This document shows positions 56,118-64,000 of a DNA stretch of 64,000 bases, piece by piece. Below the pieces are notes generated by a model, which had not been told where the DNA came from, made no database searches, and saw only the letters and a program-made list of their open reading frames with translations. A program made the translations under genes and the position numbers. The number at the start of each line of letters is the position of its first letter. The stretch's first letter is position 1. The stretch comes from Verrucomicrobia bacterium UBA3761 (GTDB taxonomy: Bacteria > Verrucomicrobiota > Kiritimatiellia > RFP12 > UBA1067): positions 5,478 through 69,477 of the forward strand of contig DFGB01000045.1 in NCBI GenBank assembly GCA_002371135.1, read 5' to 3'.

Positions 56118-58058
56118 TCAGTATCCGGGGCCGAGGATTTTTTCGACGGTTTCGACGGCGTTGGAGTGGATTTCGCGCATGAGGGGGACGGGAGAGCGCA
56201 GGGTGATCTCCCTGTCGCCGCAGGGGGTGTCGTAGAAGGAAAGTTTCAAATCGGGGGAGTGCTCGAAAAGTTTTTTGTGGTTGGCGCGGATGGCGGCGAA
56301 ATCTGCCTCTATTTCGCGCATGACGTCAAGGTCCGCGTCGGCGGAGATGGAGAGGGCCTTGAGATAGTGCCAGCGCCAGAGGGCGCCGTCGAGCGCGCGG
56401 GTGCAGACGAGATGCGTCTTGAGCCAGGCGGTGCGCACGAGAGCTTCTTCGAGCCAGGGATGGTCTGGCTCGGCGGCGGCGGCCTTGGCGATGTGGCGCT
56501 CCATGGCGGCGACGTCCGCGAGCGCCTTGTCCTTCTCGGCGACGACGCGCGCGATATTCTCCTTCACGGGCGCGAGGGCGGCGCGTCCCTCCGGAAGGAA
56601 CGTACGGTTGGTGTAACGCAAAAGATCCTCGCGGCGGCCGATGGTGGTGGCGAAGCGCGATTCGGTGGGGGCGCCGAGGCCGAGCGGCGAGAACGAGACG
56701 GCGGCGGCGTTTTCGGAAAGCTTGAGCGCGGCGATCATATCCTGCGCGCCCTTGCCGAAACGCGGCGCCGCCCATTCGCGCCACAGCGCGTCGACATCCT
56801 CGCCGGGGTTCCACGTCAGCTGCCGCCAGACGTAGATATTGACGGAGTTGAGGATGTCGTCGAGCGCTTCGTAGTCGCGGTTGTTGTAGCCGCCGGCGTA
56901 GAGACACACTCCGCACTCGGTGCCGACGAGTTCGCGGGCCTTCTGCATGCGCCAGGCGGTATCGTCGACGACCGGCGCGGGCAGCCAGCCGAGACCGACG
57001 GTCTGGCCGGTGATCTGCCACTCTGCGTATTCGACGAATCCGGCCTTCTTCGCCTCGCCGAGGAGACGCGAAAACGGCGGCCGCGGCTGACAGTCGGCAT
57101 TGTAGACCTTCGTCTGGATTATCGTATCCTTCGACGCGGTCCTGTAGACCTCGCCCCAGAGATCGAGCGGTTCGCCGCCCGTGCCGCCGTAGCCGGGCGC
57201 GTGGACCCATTCCTTGCCGAGCCAGTGCGGGCAGCCCGACGACCACGTCCGCACGAGCAGCTTCTTGCCGAGCGGCGCGAGCGCCCCCTCGAAACATTTC
57301 ACGAGAGCGGCGATCTGCGAAGAAAATTTGTCCATGCCGTTTTCGCGGCAGCGTTTGCAATGGCAGTTGAGGCCGTAGTCGTCCCAGAACGTGACGGCGA
57401 CGCCTTCATACGGGACGGAAGAGGCGAGCTCGCGGATCACTCCCGCGCAGAACTCCCATGTCGCCGGCTGGCTCGGGCAAAGGACGCCCTTCTCCCACGA
57501 GCGCCCCGGGTCTTCGGCCCTGCATTCTGGATGCGCGGCGAGGAACGCCTCGCAGCGCGCTCTCCCCCACTTCATCGCGTCGCATCCGTAGAGGAACGCA
57601 TAGCACGGGACGTCGGCCTCGGCGCATTGCTCCGCCATCCCCTTCGGGACGCGGCGCGGCAGCTGGACGACATTCGCGCCCGTGGCGGCGATCCATTCGG
57701 CGACGGAGTGGCGGCGGCCGGTGAAGTTGAGCATGCGATGCGCGAACGCCGGTTCGCGTACCAGCTTCTCGCCCGGCGCGAGGTCGAGCCACCGCGCGGC
57801 CTCGCCAGCGGCATATAAAAGCGAACGCGGCCGCGCGCCTGTGACGACGATGCGGCCACCGCGGTTCTCCGCCGTGTATCCCTCGCCCCCCGCGTCGCGC
57901 GAGATCGTCATGAGGACGTCGCGCGAGCCCGCGGCCGCCTCGACAAGACGCACGGCCTCGCCCGCGGCGGGATGGGGGCAATCCGTCTCCACGGCGGCGA
58001 CTGAGGCGAGAGACGAGAATGCCGCGAACGCGGCTGCGAAGAATGTGCGTTTTGCCAT
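56118..58058 (-). CDS. Hypothetical secreted protein (646 aa; possibly carbohydrate-active, no confident family)
   Basis: The start is set at MAKRTFFAAAFAAFSSLASVAAVE (signal peptide); the ORF-track N-terminus of 118 Arg-rich residues is rejected. Confidence 0.5.
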   Translation of the reverse strand: MAKRTFFAAAFAAFSSLASVAAVETDCPHPAAGEAVRLVEAAAGSRDVLMTISRDAGGEGYTAENRGGRIVVTGARPRSLLYAAGEAARWLDLAPGEKLVREPAFAHRMLNFTGRRHSVAEWIAATGANVVQLPRRVPKGMAEQCAEADVPCYAFLYGCDAMKWGRARCEAFLAAHPECRAEDPGRSWEKGVLCPSQPATWEFCAGVIRELASSVPYEGVAVTFWDDYGLNCHCKRCRENGMDKFSSQIAALVKCFEGALAPLGKKLLVRTWSSGCPHWLGKEWVHAPGYGGTGGEPLDLWGEVYRTASKDTIIQTKVYNADCQPRPPFSRLLGEAKKAGFVEYAEWQITGQTVGLGWLPAPVVDDTAWRMQKARELVGTECGVCLYAGGYNNRDYEALDDILNSVNIYVWRQLTWNPGEDVDALWREWAAPRFGKGAQDMIAALKLSENAAAVSFSPLGLGAPTESRFATTIGRREDLLRYTNRTFLPEGRAALAPVKENIARVVAEKDKALADVAAMERHIAKAAAAEPDHPWLEEALVRTAWLKTHLVCTRALDGALWRWHYLKALSISADADLDVMREIEADFAAIRANHKKLFEHSPDLKLSFYDTPCGDREITLRSPVPLMREIHSNAVETVEKILGPGY

Positions 58059-58081
58059 GCCGGAATTGCCTTTGAGGTTTT

Positions 58082-59449
58082 TCAGGGGGCCATCATGTCG
58101 GAGGAGCTCTTGGGCGCGCCACCGAAATAATACGCCTGGCCGGTCGCGTCCATCACGCTGCGCCAGAGATCGGAGTTGAGCGAAATCTTCTGCCGCTCGA
58201 TCGTCGCGAGTTTGATCGGCACGAGGCAGTAGCTCTCGCCGAGATTGCCGACGACGCAATTCGTGCGCCCGGCCATCGCCGCATGGACCGCGTTGCGTGC
58301 GAGCATGTAGCAGCGGATCGCGTCTGTGCCCTTCGCCGGGACGGAGCGGATCGTGTACGACGGGTCGAAGTATTTCACCGACGACTTGATGTTGCGCGAC
58401 TTCATGTGGCACTCGATGGCCCTCTTCAGAAATTCGCCGATATCCTTCTTGAGGATGTTGCCGGAGGCGTCGCGCACGTCCGGCATGCCTTTGAAAAGCT
58501 CCTGGCCGGCGCCCTCGGCGACGACGATCACCGCGTGGTCCTTGCCGGCGGCCATGCGGTTCTCGAGCGCCGCGAAAAGTCCCTGCGGTCCATCGAGCGT
58601 GAACGGCTGTTCTGGGACGAGGCAGAAGTTGACGACCGGGTTCGCGATCGACGCGTATGCGGCGATGAAGCCAGAATCGCGGCCCATCAATTTCACGAGG
58701 CCGATTCCGCCCGCCGTGCCCTTGGCCTCGACGTGCGCGTTGCGGATCACGTTCGCGGCCTCCGCGACGGCCGTCTCGAAACCGAACGAGCGCCCGACGA
58801 ATTGCAAATCGTTGTCGATCGTCTTGGGGATGCCGACGACGGAAATTTTGAGATTGCGGCGCTTGACTTCCTCGGCGATGTCTCTCGCGCAGCGGAGCGA
58901 CCCGTCGCCGCCGATGCAGAAGAGGATGTTTATATTCATGCGCTCAAGGGTGTCGACCATCTCGTCGGTCGGCTGCTGGCCGCGCGAGGAACCGAGAATC
59001 GTACCGCCGAGTTCGTGGATCGTATCGACGACGTCGGGGTTGAGCATTATCGGCTCGTAGTTGTATTTGGGCGAGAGGCCGGCATAGCCGTAGCGGATGC
59101 CGAAAATCGTCTTGACGCCATAGTCGAACGTGAGGATCTCGACGAGTCCCTTGATGACGTTGTTGAGGCCTGGGCAGAGGCCGCCGGCGGTGACGATGCC
59201 CACGCGCGTCCATGCCGGGGCGTGGAAGATTTTAGGCAGCGGGCCCGCGCGCTCGAACGTCGGCGTGTGGCCGAGGCGTCCTTCGAGATACTTCATGAAC
59301 ATCTCGTTTTCCGTCACGAGAATGCGCTCACCGTCGCGGATGAACTCGTGATGCCGGACGGGCGAATCTATCTTGCACTCCCCAAGCGTTTCTACCTTGC
59401 ACGAATATTCGGCCTGGTTGGCCGCAATCTTGTCGAGCGTCGTGGACAT
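58082..59449 (-). CDS. pfk: 6-phosphofructokinase (long PfkA/Pfp type; possibly PPi-dependent)
   Basis: It contains GGDGS and MGR and starts at MSTTLDKIA with a strong RBS AAAGGAAAGGAG; 455 aa. Confidence 0.85.
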   Translation of the reverse strand: MSTTLDKIAANQAEYSCKVETLGECKIDSPVRHHEFIRDGERILVTENEMFMKYLEGRLGHTPTFERAGPLPKIFHAPAWTRVGIVTAGGLCPGLNNVIKGLVEILTFDYGVKTIFGIRYGYAGLSPKYNYEPIMLNPDVVDTIHELGGTILGSSRGQQPTDEMVDTLERMNINILFCIGGDGSLRCARDIAEEVKRRNLKISVVGIPKTIDNDLQFVGRSFGFETAVAEAANVIRNAHVEAKGTAGGIGLVKLMGRDSGFIAAYASIANPVVNFCLVPEQPFTLDGPQGLFAALENRMAAGKDHAVIVVAEGAGQELFKGMPDVRDASGNILKKDIGEFLKRAIECHMKSRNIKSSVKYFDPSYTIRSVPAKGTDAIRCYMLARNAVHAAMAGRTNCVVGNLGESYCLVPIKLATIERQKISLNSDLWRSVMDATGQAYYFGGAPKSSSDMMAP

Positions 59450-59485
59450 GACCTGCAACTCCTTTCCTTTGGCGAATAGATCTTT

Positions 59486-59514
59486 ATTATATCATTTACC
59501 CGCAAGCGGGTCAA
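59486..59514 (-). promoter_or_regulatory. Sigma70-type promoter TTGACC-N17-TGATATAAT (minus strand) for pfk
   Basis: It shares the consensus with the promoters at 21891, 43353 and 45524. Confidence 0.6.
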
Positions 59515-59571
59515 GGGAGGGCCGCGCTGGAAGCTCTAGATATTCTAGAATTTCCAGGACTTCCAGAGCCT

Positions 59572-60513
59572 CTAGAGAAAAAGCCCTTTAAAATCGGCGA
59601 GGGATTTTACGGAATTGATGCGGGCGCGGATTGCGGCGGCGCCGGGACGGCCGGCGAAATAGCGGAAGATGTGGGTGCGGAGTTTGAGCGCGGCGTAGGC
59701 GTCGGCCGACGGCATGCGCCACGGCGGATTTTTCGCGGCGACGAACGCGTGGAATTCAAGAAGGTATTTGAGATGCGCACGCGGCAAATCTGGCGGCGGG
59801 AGAGAAGCCGCCTGCGACTTGAGGCGGGAGAATATCCAGGGGTCGGCCAAGGCGGCGCGGCCGATCATGACGCCTGCGACGCCGGTCGCCGCCATTGCGG
59901 CGAGGGATGCCGGGTCGCGGACGCTGCCGTTGCCGACGACGGGGATGCGCGAGCGCGAGACTAGTTCCGCGAGACGTTCGAGGTGCACGGGGCCGCCGTG
60001 GAGCTGCGAAGTGTAGCGGGCGTGGAAGACGACGAGCGCCGCGCCGGCGCCTTCGGCTGCGCCGAGGAGTTCCGCCGCCGTGTCGCAGGCGGGATTCGGG
60101 CCGAGCCGCGTTTTGAGCGTGACGGGCAGCGACGTATTCTCCTTCATCGCGACGAGCAGGCGATGGACCTTCGCGGGGTCGGCGGCAAGCGCGGCGCCGG
60201 CGCCCGAGCGCGCAACCTTCTGCATCGGGCAGCCGGCGTTGAGGTTCAGCGCGGAGAAGCGCCCGGGGTATGCGCGGTCGATTTCCCGCGCGGCGAACGC
60301 GACCTCCTCTTCCTTCGCGCCAAATATCTGGCAGACGGGACGCCCTTCGCCGGGAAGCGTCTCGAGGAGGAAACGCGTCGCGGCGTGGCCGTGATAGAGC
60401 GCCGCCGCGCTCACCATCTCGGTATACGTCTCGTCGGCGCCGCCGTCCTTGCAGAGACGCCGGAACGGTGCGTCGGTGAAACCGGCAAGCGGAGCGAGGG
60501 AAAGCGTCGTCAT
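59572..60513 (-). CDS. tRNA-dihydrouridine synthase (Dus family)
   Basis: It starts at MTTLSLAPLAGFTDAPFRRL; 313 aa with a TIM-barrel FMN-binding region and a ..GCP.. segment; the start lies 5 nt after the upstream gene's stop. Confidence 0.8.
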   Translation of the reverse strand: MTTLSLAPLAGFTDAPFRRLCKDGGADETYTEMVSAAALYHGHAATRFLLETLPGEGRPVCQIFGAKEEEVAFAAREIDRAYPGRFSALNLNAGCPMQKVARSGAGAALAADPAKVHRLLVAMKENTSLPVTLKTRLGPNPACDTAAELLGAAEGAGAALVVFHARYTSQLHGGPVHLERLAELVSRSRIPVVGNGSVRDPASLAAMAATGVAGVMIGRAALADPWIFSRLKSQAASLPPPDLPRAHLKYLLEFHAFVAAKNPPWRMPSADAYAALKLRTHIFRYFAGRPGAAAIRARINSVKSLADFKGLFL

Positions 60514-60518
60514 GCGCG

Positions 60519-62093
60519 TCACTCGGAAGCGGGCGCTTCGGCGGCCGGCGGCGGCAGCGGCGTGAGGAACGGGTCGGAATACGGCGCGGCGGGATCGACC
60601 CGCGAGAACGAGACGAACGCCGGCGCGCCGTATGCGGAGTTCACCGTCTTGCCGAAAATGGCGAGGTCGACGCGGTGGCCGGGGGAGATTCTGGCGCAGT
60701 CGAGTTCGATCTTGGCGACGTCCGGCGCGAGGCGCGAGAGCGTCGCGGCGCCGAGGTCGTCGTGGACTACGGCGAACTCGTATTCGTCGGCGCCGGCGGC
60801 TTTGACGATGAAACCTCGCTTCGGCGCCTCCGCGCGCAGGACGAACGCCCATGCGCAGGGCGTAGCGTAGGTGAGTTCAGGGAACGTGCCCGCGTAGTCG
60901 ACCTTCTCCGGCGCGATGCCGGCGATCGTCGCGACGGGCGGGATGTTCGAAGTCTTCAGCGCCGCCGCCATTTTCTTGAGTTTCTTCAAATCGAGGCCGT
61001 TCGGCGGGAAGACGGTCGGATGGGCGCGCTCCGTAAAATAGTCGCTCTCCTTCTTCACCGCCTGGAGCGACGAACGGATGAGCCACTGAATGGTCGGCGC
61101 GAGGAGGCCGCGCTCGACGAGTTCGCGCTTGACGAGCGGCTGGAACGAGCGACTCGCTTCGAGCGCGGCGCGCAGGTAATACTGGTCGCTCCAGCTCGCG
61201 CCCTGCGTCGCGATCCAATACGGCGCGACGGAGTTGAACACGTCGCCGAAGCTGTTGGTGGAAGCGAAGTCGTAATCCTTGACGGCCGGGAAGACCCAGA
61301 ACTGGTTGGAGCGGTAGAAGCGGTGCATGCGGTCGATGTCGCGGCACTGGGTCGTCATGAGAGCGCGCGGCAGCGAACGCCAATACGGCCCCTGCGTGAG
61401 AGCGCGGGAGCAGTTGCCGAAAACGGGATAGGGGAAGAGCATGTTCGGCGTATCGAGGTCGAGCCCGCGCTCGCGGCCGGTGCTGTCGAGGACGACGGGC
61501 GTGAGGCCGGGCCAGTTGGTGCAGACGAGTTTGGAGTGGCCGCCGTCGCGGTTGAAATAGAGGTCGAACGTGTTGCCGCCGGCGGTCGACGGCGCGAGGC
61601 GCATCTTGACGTCGAAGCAGCCCGCGTCGAAATCCCACACTACATTCTGTTCGCCGATCGCGACGCTCCGGCCGGTGATGCCCGTCGCGGGCGTGACGGC
61701 GTTCGGCCCGAGGAGGATGGGCTTGTCGGCCATGTCCTCGGCGTATTCGACAAGTTCGGCGAGACGGCTCTTGTCCGCGACGCGCTTCAAATCCCTGTCG
61801 CGGGCGATGGCCTTTGCATCGCGAAAGCCGAGGTCGATGGCCTCTTCGAGTTCGTCGAGGGCGCGGTCGGAATCCGCATAGTAGGCCAGAGAGCACGCGA
61901 GGTTGTAATGCCAGACCGGGTCGTCGGGCAGGAGCGCTACACCCGCCTTGCACGTCTCCGTCATCGTCTCGGTGTCGCCCTCGCGCACGGCTTCGATGAA
62001 TTGCGCCTTGAGCCGCTCGTGCTCCGGCGCGCGGGCGGGATAGTCCCAGACGGACAAGACGGCGAGGAAGGCGATGGCGAGAAAGTGAAGCAT
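60519..62093 (-). CDS. Hypothetical secreted protein with an N-terminal TPR-like region
   Basis: 524 aa with a signal peptide MLHFLAIAFLAVLSVWDYPARA. Confidence 0.45.
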   Translation of the reverse strand: MLHFLAIAFLAVLSVWDYPARAPEHERLKAQFIEAVREGDTETMTETCKAGVALLPDDPVWHYNLACSLAYYADSDRALDELEEAIDLGFRDAKAIARDRDLKRVADKSRLAELVEYAEDMADKPILLGPNAVTPATGITGRSVAIGEQNVVWDFDAGCFDVKMRLAPSTAGGNTFDLYFNRDGGHSKLVCTNWPGLTPVVLDSTGRERGLDLDTPNMLFPYPVFGNCSRALTQGPYWRSLPRALMTTQCRDIDRMHRFYRSNQFWVFPAVKDYDFASTNSFGDVFNSVAPYWIATQGASWSDQYYLRAALEASRSFQPLVKRELVERGLLAPTIQWLIRSSLQAVKKESDYFTERAHPTVFPPNGLDLKKLKKMAAALKTSNIPPVATIAGIAPEKVDYAGTFPELTYATPCAWAFVLRAEAPKRGFIVKAAGADEYEFAVVHDDLGAATLSRLAPDVAKIELDCARISPGHRVDLAIFGKTVNSAYGAPAFVSFSRVDPAAPYSDPFLTPLPPPAAEAPASE

Positions 62094-62094
62094 G

Positions 62095-62130
62095 AGAGCA
62101 GTTGGCGGTTGGTAGTTGGCAGTTGGTCCT
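62095..62130. repeat. (AGTTGGC/GGTTGGT)x4 tandem heptamer array, which is the inverse complement of the CCAACTG array at 4655..4676
   Basis: Read directly from the sequence. Confidence 0.6.
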
Positions 62131-62209
62131 AAGTTCTAGGTCTCCCGGTGCGACAAGATGAATCTCTCAAATCGCTCTTCCACATTCGCGGTCGCCGGCG
62201 CCTGGACTA

Positions 62210-63679
62210 TCAGCCCAGCTTCATCCAGCGCGGGAGTTTGACCATGCGCGCTTCGCGGCTCTGGTTGGTGGAGAGAGACTGGGAGGTGCCGATGGAGGGC
62301 GACTCGAGATTGGCGAGGCGCGCCATCATCACCTGCTGGCTCGTCGCCTGCTGGCGCTGCATGTCTTCGTTGCGCTGGCGCTCGGCCATGAGATCCTTCT
62401 CGCGCTTGGCGAGGAGTTCCTTCATGTCCTGGAGTTCGCGAGAAAGCTCGGTGACGTCCTTGAGCTTTTCGTTTGCGCGCAGAACTTCCGCCTCGCGGAG
62501 GCGCAGCGTCTCGGAGAGCTCCGCTATTTTGCGCTCGGCGTCGCGCGTCGTGCGTTCGTGGAGGCTCTGGAGGTCTTCGTATTCGCGGCGGATCTGCGCG
62601 GTGCGGGGATCCTCGGGGCGGTTGATGAGCGCCTTGCGGGTCATTTCCTCGATATTGGCGCCGGCGCGTTTGAGGAGATCGTGGCGGCGTTCGAGGAGGC
62701 GGTTCGCGCGTTCGTCGGCCCGGCGGCGATACTCCTCGGTCTCCTTCTTCGCGATTTCGAGCTCGGTGGCGAGTTCCTCGGCCTCTTTGGTCATGATGGT
62801 GTATACGGCGGCCTGGATGCTCGCGACTTCGCTCGCGGTCTGGGGCAGGCGGCGGATTTCGTCTTCGAGCGCCTTGACCTGTTCGCGCAGCATCTCTTCG
62901 CGGCGCGCGGCCTCTTTGGCGGCGGCGTCGGCGACGCTGCGCAAATGCGCCTCGCGCTCTTCGCTCTCCTTCGCGGCGGCGTCGAGCCGCGCCTTCAAAT
63001 CGCCCACGTGCCGCGTCTCTTCCTCGGACAGCGTGTCGAGCCGCTTGCGCAGATCCTCTGAATAGCGCCGCTCTTCATCGAGAAGTCCCTCGAGCTCCTT
63101 TATCCTGCGCTCGTCCACGACAACCTTCTCGACTTCCTTCTCGACGATTTTCTCGACCGGCACTTCCTTGACGACCAGCTTCTCGACGACGCGCTCGATC
63201 GGCACCTCGACGAGTTTCTCGACTATCTTCTCGACCGGCACTTCGACGACCTTCTCGACCTCTACCGGCACTTCGACCTTGATGATGCGCTCGACTACTT
63301 TCGGGGCGGGCTCTTCCGCCGCGCTCTCCGGCTCTTCCGGCGCGGGAGCCGGCGGTGTTTCCACCGCGACCGGCGATTCGGCTTCGAACGGCGGACGCGA
63401 CTCCACCATGCGAGCGGTCTTGGGAAGACGCCCCGACGCGAGAAGCGCCTCGGCCGCGGCCTTGTTGAAAGGTCCGCGCTCCTTGCCGTCGCCGATGTCT
63501 ATCGAAAAGCGCATGTCGAGGAACGGGACGTCCTCGACCTTCCTCCACGTTTCATTGTCCTGCGAAACTTCCTGCCCGGGCTGGATGCGTCCGACTCTGG
63601 CCCATTCGAGAAGCTTGTCGGCCTCGACCGGTCCGAACGTCTCGTCCATCGTCTTGAGATACCACTCTTTTGCACTCAT
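62210..63679 (-). CDS. DUF4339 (GYF-like) domain protein with (V/I)EK(V/I)VEVPV tandem repeats and a long coiled coil
   Basis: The N-terminal segment EWYLKTMDETFGPVEADKLLEWARVGRIQPGQEVSQDNETWRKVEDVPFLD resembles the DUF4339 domain; then come KVVEVPVEKIVEKLVEVPIERVVEKLVVKEVPVEKIVEKEVEKVV and about 250 aa of heptad-rich sequence. Confidence 0.55.
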   Translation of the reverse strand: MSAKEWYLKTMDETFGPVEADKLLEWARVGRIQPGQEVSQDNETWRKVEDVPFLDMRFSIDIGDGKERGPFNKAAAEALLASGRLPKTARMVESRPPFEAESPVAVETPPAPAPEEPESAAEEPAPKVVERIIKVEVPVEVEKVVEVPVEKIVEKLVEVPIERVVEKLVVKEVPVEKIVEKEVEKVVVDERRIKELEGLLDEERRYSEDLRKRLDTLSEEETRHVGDLKARLDAAAKESEEREAHLRSVADAAAKEAARREEMLREQVKALEDEIRRLPQTASEVASIQAAVYTIMTKEAEELATELEIAKKETEEYRRRADERANRLLERRHDLLKRAGANIEEMTRKALINRPEDPRTAQIRREYEDLQSLHERTTRDAERKIAELSETLRLREAEVLRANEKLKDVTELSRELQDMKELLAKREKDLMAERQRNEDMQRQQATSQQVMMARLANLESPSIGTSQSLSTNQSREARMVKLPRWMKLG

Positions 63680-64000
63680 GGCTGCTTCCTCCCGAAAAAG
63701 TTCAAATCAAGACCCGCTCGCTTGGCGGCGAGGATTTCCTTGCGCAATGCATCTTCGAGAAACGCCATCTTCTGGCGCTTCGTGGCGGCGAAAAGCCCCG
63801 GACGCGCGACGCCGGCCGGCTGGACGCGGACGGGCAGATTCTGCCTCGGCGCGGGCGCCGGCGCCGGATTCGCCGCCGCCACGAACACCTGCTTCTCGAC
63901 GACTTTCTCGACAACTTTCTCCACCACCTTCTCGACGACGCGCACGACTTCCACCGGCACCGGCACTTCGACGCGCTTCTCCACCGTCACCACCTTCTCG
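63676..64000 (-). CDS. VEK-repeat protein, partial (5' end beyond the window)
   Basis: It contains (VEKVVEK)n and then a Pro/Ala-rich tail; the frame stays open to the window edge; its stop overlaps the start of the downstream gene (ATGA). Confidence 0.45.
   Translation of the reverse strand, partial: EKVVTVEKRVEVPVPVEVVRVVEKVVEKVVEKVVEKQVFVAAANPAPAPAPRQNLPVRVQPAGVARPGLFAATKRQKMAFLEDALRKEILAAKRAGLDLNFFGRKQP

Noticed and set aside
56112-57818. A 568-aa plus-strand ORF
   Set aside because: It is antisense to the secreted hypothetical gene 56118..58058.
58059-58412. The N-terminal extension given by the ORF track for gene 56118..58412
   Set aside because: It is Arg/Pro-rich and lies upstream of the signal peptide at the supported start MAKRTFFAAAFAAFSSLASVAAVE.

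Overview
This 64 kb window is high-GC (roughly 65%) bacterial chromosome. At least 44 of the roughly 48 protein-coding genes are on the minus strand, and the ORF track's many long plus-strand ORFs are antisense artefacts of high-GC DNA. The gene content points to an anaerobic, polysaccharide-degrading bacterium. The closest fit is the Planctomycetes-Verrucomicrobia-Chlamydiae superphylum (Kiritimatiellota, Lentisphaerota or Verrucomicrobiota), but I hold that loosely.

Recognisable content falls into four groups:
- Plant cell-wall carbohydrate-active enzymes: a GH95-GH31 fusion running off the left edge, GH43, a CE8 pectinesterase, GH78 alpha-L-rhamnosidase, GH27 alpha-galactosidase, and rhamnulokinase.
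- Core metabolism: GTP-dependent PEP carboxykinase, 6-phosphofructokinase, ketol-acid reductoisomerase, indolepyruvate oxidoreductase beta subunit with a phenylacetate-CoA-ligase-like gene and a NifU-like gene, and an orphan RnfE/NqrD-like subunit.
- Housekeeping: dnaK-groES-groEL as a single cluster, valS, a tRNA-dihydrouridine synthase, NrdR, a DtxR-family regulator, a D-Ala-D-Ala carboxypeptidase, an FtsB-like protein, and a tRNA with anticodon CAT.
- Accessory islets of lower GC: a Dam-type methyltransferase plus a large putative restriction endonuclease inserted beside the tRNA, and a Fic protein with an N-terminal helix-turn-helix next to a secreted hypothetical protein.
- Several large secreted beta-helix or Thr-rich proteins, including an 1807-aa giant, and a gene pair with VEK repeats and coiled coil at the right edge.

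The most unusual signal is non-coding. At least nine intergenic elements are each built from 3-6 tandem copies of a locus-specific heptamer followed by the inverted complement of that array, forming large perfect palindromes. Nearly all sit at gene 3' ends, and several supply the last codons and stop codon of the flanking genes. Separately, a REP/BIME-like family (GCGCGGCT-NNN-AGCCGCGC hairpins plus a conserved ~55-bp unit) forms four clusters. Four highly expressed genes share a near-identical TTGACC-N17/18-TGGTATAAT promoter.

No rRNA, CRISPR array or transposase was found.
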